DNA from: a virus
Taxonomy: Duplodnaviria; Heunggongvirae; Uroviricota; Caudoviricetes
IMG/VR virus record: IMGVR_UViG_3300008453_000586
DNA: 17,907 nt
Direction: 5' to 3' (one strand)
Below, one piece after another: positions 1-6,150 of this stretch. The notes below the pieces were generated by a model. That model saw nothing but the letters and a program-made list of their open reading frames with translations. It did no database searches and was not told where the DNA came from. Position numbers and translations under genes: made by a program. Every line of letters begins with the position of its first letter. Position 1 is the first letter of the stretch.

Positions 1-5
1 AAAAT

Positions 6-28
6 GGGGAGCAATGCTCCCCTTTTTT
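6..28. terminator. Intrinsic terminator hairpin, probably bidirectional
   Basis: GGGGAGC-AAT-GCTCCCC stem followed by T6 on + and preceded by A4; sits at the stop of the minus-strand ORF ending at 27. Confidence 0.8.
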
Positions 29-317
29 ATTCTTCACTTACTTCATCAATGATATCTTTGACCACTTTTTTTGGTTTGTCGTCAGAGTTAGAATCACGTT
101 TACCCCAGATTTTATCTATACTGGCTAAACCTAAACAACCAAACGACAACATAGCCACAGCTTCTACCAAGATATCTGCTGGTTTTATATCACCGTGAGA
201 AAAACTATTAGCGTAAAGAGTTACACATAAAGTTAATCCAGCAATAATACCAACTAATCTTTTTGATGAAAAATTACCCGTTTCGTCTTGAAATACTTGA
301 CTGAAAAATTTTTTCAT
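27..317 (-). CDS. Small two-TM membrane protein (holin-like), 96 aa
   Basis: Start taken at internal ATG (MKKFFSQ...); the upstream part of the tracked ORF is non-coding-like and overlaps the next gene. Two hydrophobic segments after SSKRL and a charged C-terminus. Confidence 0.65.
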   Translation of the reverse strand: MKKFFSQVFQDETGNFSSKRLVGIIAGLTLCVTLYANSFSHGDIKPADILVEAVAMLSFGCLGLASIDKIWGKRDSNSDDKPKKVVKDIIDEVSEE

Positions 318-379
318 TTTGTTTTGTGTTATTGAAAATATTATGTTTGTGAAACTCTTAATAATAAATATCAAAAAAA

Positions 380-411
380 TTTGGTGGATTAGAATTATTT
401 TAGTATATTTG
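380..411 (+). promoter_or_regulatory. Bacteroidota sigma70-type promoter
   Basis: TTTG (380-383), 20 nt spacer, TATATTTG (404-411), 20 nt before ATG 432. Confidence 0.75.
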
Positions 412-431
412 CATTTTAAAAGTATAATATA

Positions 432-1655
432 ATGAGTAAACAAATTACACACGAATACCTTGTAGAGAAAGGTCTTATCCTGTTTGAAACCATCATTGGT
501 TCTCAAGCATACGGTACACAGACACCTACAAGTGACATAGACAAGAAATTTGTCTACATCCTACCTATGGATAACATTATGGGTACTGGTTACGTTGAAC
601 AAATTAACGTAAACAAGGATTACACTGGTTGGGAGATTAGACGTTTCCTTGAACTTATGGGTTCTAACAACCCAACTGTTCTGGAACTACTTAATAGCCC
701 AGAGGATTGTATTATCTATAAGCACCCGCTTTTTGATGACATTCTTGCACATAAAGAAGATTTTATTACAAAGATTTGTAAGGATTCTTTTGGTGGTTAT
801 GCAAGACAGCAAATCAAAAAAGCCAAAGGTCTTAACAAGAAACAAAATTGGGAAAAAGACAAAGTGGTTCGTAAAGACCTATTGGATTTCTGTTATGTTA
901 TTGAAGGTGAGAAATCAATCCCATGGAGAAAATGGAATAAAGGTAGATACGATGAAAAATTCATAGGTGCTGTAAACATACCAAACGCTAGAGATGTTTA
1001 CGCATTATTCTACGATAAAACTGCTTATATGCTCCATTCAACCGATATTCATGAGGATACTAGGGAAACATATAAAAAAGTCCTAAAAGATGCTGGTAAA
1101 CCAATGGGTTTAGGGTACAAAGGACTTGTCAATACTGGTCATGAAGATGAGGATGGTAAAATTAACTACGGTATTTCAAACCAACTACGTCTTTCTAGTA
1201 TTCCTAAAGGTGAGAAGTCAATCTGTACAATCGTTTATAACAAAGACGGTTATTCAGAACACTGCAAAGATTACAAAGAATACCAAGAATGGCTTGAAAA
1301 CCGTAATGAAGCTCGTTACGTTGAAACTCAAGAACACGGTCAAAAAATCGATGGTAAAAATATGATGCACTGTATGCGTCTTATTAGAATGGCTACGGAG
1401 ATTGGTGAAGGTAAAGGTATCATTGTAAGACGACCAGATGCTCAAGAACTTCTAGCAATCAGACGTGGTGAAGTTGATTTGGATTCGCTCATTGACATCG
1501 CTGACAAAGCCATTGAAAACATGGATGAAGTATTTCAAAATTCAAACCTACCAAACAATGTTAATAAAGGTTTGGTGAACGCTCTTTTGGTTAATATTAG
1601 AAGAGAATTCTATGGTCTACCGATAGCAGCTACAACACTTGAAAAAAGACTTTAA
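432..1655 (+). CDS. DNA polymerase beta-superfamily nucleotidyltransferase, RlaP/Nuc-transf-like
   Basis: GSQAYG...SDID motif near the N-terminus, WEIRRFLELMGSNNPTVLELL and KNMMHCMRLIRMA segments typical of this family. Confidence 0.8.
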   Translation: MSKQITHEYLVEKGLILFETIIGSQAYGTQTPTSDIDKKFVYILPMDNIMGTGYVEQINVNKDYTGWEIRRFLELMGSNNPTVLELLNSPEDCIIYKHPLFDDILAHKEDFITKICKDSFGGYARQQIKKAKGLNKKQNWEKDKVVRKDLLDFCYVIEGEKSIPWRKWNKGRYDEKFIGAVNIPNARDVYALFYDKTAYMLHSTDIHEDTRETYKKVLKDAGKPMGLGYKGLVNTGHEDEDGKINYGISNQLRLSSIPKGEKSICTIVYNKDGYSEHCKDYKEYQEWLENRNEARYVETQEHGQKIDGKNMMHCMRLIRMATEIGEGKGIIVRRPDAQELLAIRRGEVDLDSLIDIADKAIENMDEVFQNSNLPNNVNKGLVNALLVNIRREFYGLPIAATTLEKRL

Positions 1656-1656
1656 G

Positions 1657-2175
1657 ATGAATATATTTGACGCACCAAAAGATTGTATCAGAACCAACAG
1701 TGGTTTATATATGAATGTATTTGAACCAACACTGGAGATGATACAAATAGAAGACATAGCCCATGCGCTATCTTCGTTACCAAGATTCGGAGGACATTTG
1801 AATCAACACTATTCAGTTGCTCAACATAGCGTAATGTGCGCTATGAGAGCGACTAGTTTAGAAGATAAAAGAGCTGCTTTACTGCATGACGGTAGCGAAG
1901 CGTATATGTTAGATATCCCAACCCCTATAAAAGCCAAACTACCAGATTACAAAATGTATGAAAGTAATTTAATGGCTAAGATAGCTGAGAAATTCGAATT
2001 TGAGTTTCCATTGTCTGATAACGTTCATGCGATTGACCGTGAAATGCTTTTGCATGAATGGGAAAATTTAGTTGTGAATGAAAACGATGAGTTTGAATGT
2101 TGGGACCACGCAAGAGCCAAGAAAGAGTTCTTGGATATGTATAAAGTTTTATTCGAAGAAACTGTTGTTGTCTAA
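1657..2175 (+). CDS. HD-domain phosphohydrolase (YfbR/YfdR-like nucleotidase)
   Basis: IAHALS..PRFGGH...YSVAQHS...ALLHDGSEAY motifs; ATG 1 nt after the upstream stop codon (coupled). Confidence 0.85.
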   Translation: MNIFDAPKDCIRTNSGLYMNVFEPTLEMIQIEDIAHALSSLPRFGGHLNQHYSVAQHSVMCAMRATSLEDKRAALLHDGSEAYMLDIPTPIKAKLPDYKMYESNLMAKIAEKFEFEFPLSDNVHAIDREMLLHEWENLVVNENDEFECWDHARAKKEFLDMYKVLFEETVVV

Positions 2176-2472
2176 CAAAAATTGTATATTTTCATCGGCT
2201 GTTTTACAGTCATCTAGAAAGGAGAATACTTGCTCATTTGTAAGTGTTCTCCATTCATTTTTAGCTTCGGTTTTGATTTGATATTTTCTATGTAACCATT
2301 GCTCCACTTTTAAATGGTTTTTAGTTTCATATTTTCTATGTAGACTAATTTTATTTGGGTTACCAGTTTGCAGTTGTTTTACACGTTTATTTGGGTCATT
2401 TTTGGTAATACCAATCTTGTAGGATTCATTCCCATCAAAATCTATTTGTAACAAAAGGTATACGTATCCCAT
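2149..2472 (-). CDS. GIY-YIG nuclease, T5orf172/MUG113-like
   Basis: VYLL...YKIGIT..P.KR.KQLQTGNP...E..LH.....EW pattern; convergent 27-nt overlap with the HD gene. Confidence 0.8.
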   Translation of the reverse strand: MGYVYLLLQIDFDGNESYKIGITKNDPNKRVKQLQTGNPNKISLHRKYETKNHLKVEQWLHRKYQIKTEAKNEWRTLTNEQVFSFLDDCKTADENIQFLLDNNSFFE

Positions 2473-2528
2473 AATCATAAATATAAGAAAGTTTTTAGGT
2501 TTTGTCAATATTTATAGTAAAAAACACT

Positions 2529-3125
2529 ATGAAATCATTGATAAAATTTTTGGTTAGGGAAAGCATTGAAGAAGAAATTAGACAAAAGGGTGAACTAGGT
2601 ATGGGTAGAGACCATATCGTATACCCTTTTGAAAAAGACCCTTCTAAAGTAATCAAAATTGCGTATGTTGGTGAATGGGGTAAACCAGTTGGTAGCGGTG
2701 TTTTAAAAGCTAGTCATATCGAAAAAATGTTAGATTATCCAGACATATTCCCAAAAGTTTACAAACACAACGATAGATATGCCATTATAGAGAAATTAAA
2801 TACCGATGAAATTGAAAACGATGATGAAATCCTATATGATGTAGTTTCAAAATATGATTTAAGTTTATTTAACTCTTCTTCAACATTATCTGCAATTGAA
2901 GAAGTTTTTTGGAGAGGCGCAAAAAACCGTGAATTGTTACATAAATTACGTGAGTTAGTAATCAATGATAAAGATTTAGAACCATACGAAAGAACACTAA
3001 CAATAGATTATATTGATTTATTTCTTAAAATCATAGAACAAATACCAAATGCATCTGGTCTAGATATTCATTCTGGAAATATTGGTTATGATTTTAGTGG
3101 TAATTTGAAGTTATTGGATTTTTAA
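2529..3125 (+). CDS. Minimal protein-kinase-like protein
   Basis: Gly loop LGMGRDHIVY, VIKIA lysine, catalytic-loop-like DIHSGNIG, terminal KLLDF; N-terminal MKSLIKFLVRE motif. Confidence 0.65.
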   Translation: MKSLIKFLVRESIEEEIRQKGELGMGRDHIVYPFEKDPSKVIKIAYVGEWGKPVGSGVLKASHIEKMLDYPDIFPKVYKHNDRYAIIEKLNTDEIENDDEILYDVVSKYDLSLFNSSSTLSAIEEVFWRGAKNRELLHKLRELVINDKDLEPYERTLTIDYIDLFLKIIEQIPNASGLDIHSGNIGYDFSGNLKLLDF

Positions 3126-3147
3126 GATATTTATAATAAAAATATTG

Positions 3148-3729
3148 ATGAAAACGTTTATAAAACAAAAACTTAGAGAATCTTTATTGGGAGAAGAACA
3201 ATTAAACGAAGTTAATTGGAAAGGGTTAGCGGCTGGTGCTGCAATGACGCTTGGTACGTTGGGTGCGCAAGGTCAAACAACTCAACCAACAACGACTGAA
3301 CCAACAACTCAAACAACAACTCAAAAACCAATGTTTGGTACACCAGAACAAAGAGCTGCTGCCAAACAAAAAAGAGAAGCTCAACGTAGAAAGAATTATG
3401 AAAATTTTATAAAAGGTGCGTATATAAAAAATTTCGTTGAAGTTGTTGACGAAGAAGAGTTTAAATCAAGTTGTAATTCAACTATGTCTCAAGAAGCTGA
3501 TTATTTAGATGGAACATCTTTTGAAATGCCAGATATTATTTATAGAGAGTTAGAAGATGGTACTAAATTAAAAATAAGTTTAAAAAAATATCAAAAGTAT
3601 ATAAAAAATCAAGCCAAACAAGATGATGTTGCATTAGATGGTTTACAAGGTCCTAGCTTTAAAGCTACTAGTTGTGGTATATCAAAAGCCGCTGCAAAAC
3701 AAGATAAAAAAGATTGGTCAAAAAAATAA
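3148..3729 (+). CDS. Hypothetical protein with N-terminal MKxxIKxxLRE motif, hydrophobic segment and Thr/Gln-rich linker
   Basis: ATG at 3148; KGLAAGAAMTLGTLGAQG followed by QTTQPTTTEPTTQTTTQ low-complexity repeat. Confidence 0.65.
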   Translation: MKTFIKQKLRESLLGEEQLNEVNWKGLAAGAAMTLGTLGAQGQTTQPTTTEPTTQTTTQKPMFGTPEQRAAAKQKREAQRRKNYENFIKGAYIKNFVEVVDEEEFKSSCNSTMSQEADYLDGTSFEMPDIIYRELEDGTKLKISLKKYQKYIKNQAKQDDVALDGLQGPSFKATSCGISKAAAKQDKKDWSKK

Positions 3730-3759
3730 TAATAACAATAAACTAAAAAAACAAAAACA

Positions 3760-3978
3760 ATGGGATTAAACAAAGAACAAATTTTATCAATCATCAGACA
3801 AGTATTAACAGCTACTGGTGCGATTTTAATTACAGCTGGTGTTATGAAAGAAGGAATGACCACAGAAATTCTAGGTACAATTATGACTCTTATATCAGCA
3901 GTATGGTCTATAGTTGATAAAACAGACGCTAATATTGTCAAAAAATTTGATAATATTCAAGCAAAATTAAAAAAATAA
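3760..3978 (+). CDS. Small two-TM protein, putative holin
   Basis: 72 aa with two hydrophobic helices and a basic C-terminus. Confidence 0.6.
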   Translation: MGLNKEQILSIIRQVLTATGAILITAGVMKEGMTTEILGTIMTLISAVWSIVDKTDANIVKKFDNIQAKLKK

Positions 3979-3986
3979 AAAAATAA

Positions 3987-4029
3987 TTGCAAAAAAACTT
4001 GACTTGTATTAAAACTTTTAGTATATTTG
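3987..4029 (+). promoter_or_regulatory. Host-type promoter heading tRNA array 1
   Basis: CTTG (3998-4001), 20 nt, TATATTTG (4022-4029); 3987-4015 is identical to 8078-8106. Confidence 0.75.
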
Positions 4030-4075
4030 CACATATTTATTAATCAACGGGGTAAAACCCACAAAAAAACAAGAA

Positions 4076-4153
4076 ATGAAAAATTTATTTAACTTAGAAG
4101 TCCTTTTAGTCTTATGTCTACTTTTAGTGGATAGGGTGGGTTATATTTGTTAA
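4076..4153 (+). CDS. Putative attenuator leader peptide 1 (MKNLFNLEVLLVLCLLLVDRVGYIC)
   Basis: ATG...TAA, 25 aa, below the ORF-track cutoff; Leu x8, Val x4, Cys x2; lies between promoter and terminator. Confidence 0.7.
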   Translation: MKNLFNLEVLLVLCLLLVDRVGYIC

Positions 4154-4177
4154 TGATTTTTCATAATTATAATAATT

Positions 4178-4209
4178 AAAACCCATTTAAGAAATTAGAT
4201 GGGTTTTTT
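4178..4209 (+). terminator. Intrinsic terminator/attenuator before array 1
   Basis: ACCCATTTAA-GAAA-TTAGATGGGT stem plus T6; 5' arm can alternatively pair with 4134-4142. Confidence 0.8.
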
Positions 4210-4222
4210 GTTTAAACATAAT

Positions 4223-4303
4223 GCCGTGATTCCTGAGTGGTCAAAGGGAGCGGACTGCAAATCCGCTGCGAAAGCTTCGTGGGTTCGAATCCCTCTCACG
4301 GCT
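4223..4303 (+). tRNA. tRNA-Cys(GCA) with long variable arm
   Basis: GCCGTGA/TCACGGC acceptor, GCGGA-CTGCAAA-TCCGC anticodon arm, U73, GC-GAAA-GC variable hairpin. Confidence 0.85.
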
Positions 4304-4317
4304 CTATAAGAGAAAAA

Positions 4318-4623
4318 ATGATGATGGAAAAAAACGAAATTAAAAAAGACTTGTATAAGTCAAAAAATCTGGCTAAGTTTAGCCACTACGTCAGCGGAAA
4401 CTTATATTACAAAGTTGAGCTACAAGATGGGCTGTATCAGTTCCCAATAAAAACTGTTGAAAAGAAATATGTGATGGATACTCGTGAAGTTGAAAAGATT
4501 CCAACACTGGTGTTAGCCGAAGATTTAGGTACCACAACATTTGATGCCGAAATAAAAGGTTCAGAATTAATAAGATGGATTGAAAGAGCCATCGACAATG
4601 AAGACTTCATCAAGGTAGGTTAA
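4318..4623 (+). CDS. Hypothetical protein
   Basis: Start at the ATG run 4318/4321/4324; the tracked upstream extension overlaps tRNA-Cys. Confidence 0.7.
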   Translation: MMMEKNEIKKDLYKSKNLAKFSHYVSGNLYYKVELQDGLYQFPIKTVEKKYVMDTREVEKIPTLVLAEDLGTTTFDAEIKGSELIRWIERAIDNEDFIKVG

Positions 4624-4636
4624 TTCCTACCCAACC

Positions 4637-4711
4637 GCACCCATAGCTCAGTTGGTTGAGAGCGCTTGTTTTACACGCAAGAGGTCACTGGTTCGAATCC
4701 AGTTGGGTGCA
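4637..4711 (+). tRNA. tRNA-Val(TAC)
   Basis: GCACCCA/TGGGTGC acceptor; CTTGT-TTTACAC-GCAAG anticodon arm; GGTTCGAATCC T arm. Confidence 0.92.
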
Positions 4712-4720
4712 CAACCACTT

Positions 4721-4750
4721 GGCCGAGTGGTGGAATGGTAGACACGCGGG
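4721..4750 (+). pseudogene. 5' half of tRNA-Leu (direct repeat of 5214-5244)
   Basis: GGCCGAGTGGTGGAATGGTAGACACGCGGG matches the 5' end of tRNA-Leu(TAA) except a 1-nt indel; it stops in the anticodon stem. Confidence 0.8.
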
Positions 4751-4784
4751 ATGACTTTTCTATCATATCTACATATTTATTAGT

Positions 4785-5210
4785 ATGGAAGATATAGAAT
4801 TCATCAAAGTGTGTCAAGAATCTGACACCATGGCAAAGGCGGCTGCAACTCTAGGGTTGCATTTTAATACCTTTAAACGTAAAGCAGTTAAATTAGGTTG
4901 TTACGAACCAAATCAAGCTGGTAAAGGTATTACTAAAAAAGATAATGGTAATAAAATACCATTAAAAGAAATATTAGAGGGTAAACACCCTTATTACCAA
5001 ACTAATAAATTAAGAAAAAGATTAATTAGTGAAGGTTACAAAACTGGCGAATGTGAAATTTGTCATATTACTGAATGGAATGGTCAAGCAATTACAATTG
5101 AGCTAGACCACATAGACGGTAATAGAAACAACCATTATTTAGAAAACTTGAAAATGTTGTGTCCAAACTGTCACAGTCAGACACCAACGTTTAGAGGTAA
5201 AAAAAGATAG
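4785..5210 (+). CDS. HNH homing endonuclease
   Basis: CEIC...ELDHIDGNRNNHYLENLKMLCPNCHSQT zinc-binding HNH motif. Confidence 0.92.
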   Translation: MEDIEFIKVCQESDTMAKAAATLGLHFNTFKRKAVKLGCYEPNQAGKGITKKDNGNKIPLKEILEGKHPYYQTNKLRKRLISEGYKTGECEICHITEWNGQAITIELDHIDGNRNNHYLENLKMLCPNCHSQTPTFRGKKR

Positions 5211-5213
5211 AAT

Positions 5214-5299
5214 GGCCGAGTGGTGGAATTGGTAGACACGCGGGGTTTAAGCCCCCGTGCTCAGTAATGGGCGTGAGGGTTCGAGTCCCTCCTCGGCTA
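5214..5299 (+). tRNA. tRNA-Leu(TAA)
   Basis: CGGGG-TTTAAGC-CCCCG anticodon arm, long variable arm, A73. Confidence 0.92.
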
Positions 5300-5304
5300 C
5301 AAAT

Positions 5305-5388
5305 GGCCAGATGGCGAAACAGGTAGACGCGCAAGACTCAAAATCTTGTGTCCGCAAGGACGTGTGGGTTCGATTCCCACTCTGGCTA
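5305..5388 (+). tRNA. tRNA-Leu(CAA)
   Basis: CAAGA-CTCAAAA-TCTTG anticodon arm, GTCC-GCAA-GGAC variable arm. Confidence 0.92.
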
Positions 5389-5419
5389 CAATAACGTATT
5401 AATTAAAAATTATGAAAGT

Positions 5420-5557
5420 ATGAATTTTGTATGTTGTAAATGTGGAGAAATAATCCACGGACCTTCAATGGTAGTAAATAATAAAATATTACACTTAGAT
5501 TGTGTCAATAAAATAAAAAAAGAAAAAGAAGAAGACGTTAAATTGGAAGAAGTTTAA
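5420..5557 (+). CDS. Small putative zinc-binding protein, 45 aa
   Basis: CCKC...HLDC (CxxC/HxxC); ATG at 5420. Confidence 0.5.
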   Translation: MNFVCCKCGEIIHGPSMVVNNKILHLDCVNKIKKEKEEDVKLEEV

Positions 5558-5572
5558 CATAAAACAATAATA

Positions 5573-5764
5573 ATGAGAGTAACATTCAAATATATCAGCT
5601 TGAAATACTATCCTTTAAACAAGATAGGGTGGTGGATATGGTATTTCAAAAAATACAGTTCTATCAAAGGGTTCAACATTAGAATCTTTGGGTGTCATTT
5701 CAATGTGAGGGAAAACAATGCTACTGCCAAGATTATTAAACAAATCCAAGATAGGAAAAAATAA
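5573..5764 (+). CDS. Hypothetical protein, 63 aa
   Basis: ATG with A-rich leader; fills the gap between tRNAs. Confidence 0.5.
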   Translation: MRVTFKYISLKYYPLNKIGWWIWYFKKYSSIKGFNIRIFGCHFNVRENNATAKIIKQIQDRKK

Positions 5765-5768
5765 GATT

Positions 5769-5849
5769 GCCCGTGTGGTGGAATGGTAGACACGGCACGT
5801 TTAGAGCGTGTTCCCGAAAGGGGTGCGAGTTCGAGTCTCGCCATGGGTA
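5769..5849 (+). tRNA. tRNA-Leu(TAG)
   Basis: GCACG-TTTAGAG-CGTGT anticodon arm, CCC-GAAA-GGG variable arm. Confidence 0.92.
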
Positions 5850-5856
5850 CAAAAAT

Positions 5857-5931
5857 GGGTATGTAACTCAGTTGGTTCAGAGTGCTTTCCTTACAAGGAA
5901 GAAGTCGGGGGTTCGAATCCCTCCATACCTA
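5857..5931 (+). tRNA. tRNA-Val(TAC)
   Basis: GGGTATG/CATACCT acceptor; CTTTC-CTTACAA-GGAAG anticodon arm. Confidence 0.9.
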
Positions 5932-5935
5932 CTAA

Positions 5936-6015
5936 AAGATAGTTTCAGCAAACTAAACGGTTAAAATTTTGTCCTAAACACGAAACGAAGTGGTTCAATC
6001 CCACAAAACTATCTT
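5936..6015 (+). ncRNA. tRNA-fragment-like RNA closed by a stem carrying TTCAGCA
   Basis: AAGATAGTTT/AAACTATCTT closing stem; inner TTTTGT-CCTAAAC-ACGAAA hairpin and GTGG-TTCAATC-CCAC T-like arm; ends resemble 15275-15406. Confidence 0.55.
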
Positions 6016-6021
6016 GTACCT

Positions 6022-6104
6022 GCCGCTGTGGTGGAATGGTAGACACGCCAGACTAAGAATCTGGTGCCCGAAAGGGCGTGCTGGTTCGAGTCCAGTCAGC
6101 GGTA
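6022..6104 (+). tRNA. tRNA-Leu(AAG)
   Basis: CCAGA-CTAAGAA-TCTGG anticodon arm, Leu-type D arm and long variable arm. Confidence 0.9.
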
Positions 6105-6121
6105 CGAATTATTGGTAAAAT

Positions 6122-6150
6122 AAAAAGGGGTTATTAAAACCCCTTTTTTT
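6122..6150. terminator. Bidirectional terminator closing array 1 and the convergent gene
   Basis: AAAAAGGGGTT-ATTA-AAACCC-T8. Confidence 0.75.

Noticed and set aside
432-1655. CCA-adding enzyme (most tRNAs here lack encoded CCA)
   Set aside because: The motif pattern fits the RlaP/Nuc-transf family, not class II CCA/poly(A) polymerases.
1657-2175. DatZ of a 2-aminoadenine (Z) genome system
   Set aside because: HD motifs alone are not diagnostic and no purZ is present in the window.
4721-5299. Group I intron-split tRNA-Leu containing the HNH gene
   Set aside because: A complete tRNA rather than a 3' exon follows, and there is no room for intron core helices around the ORF.
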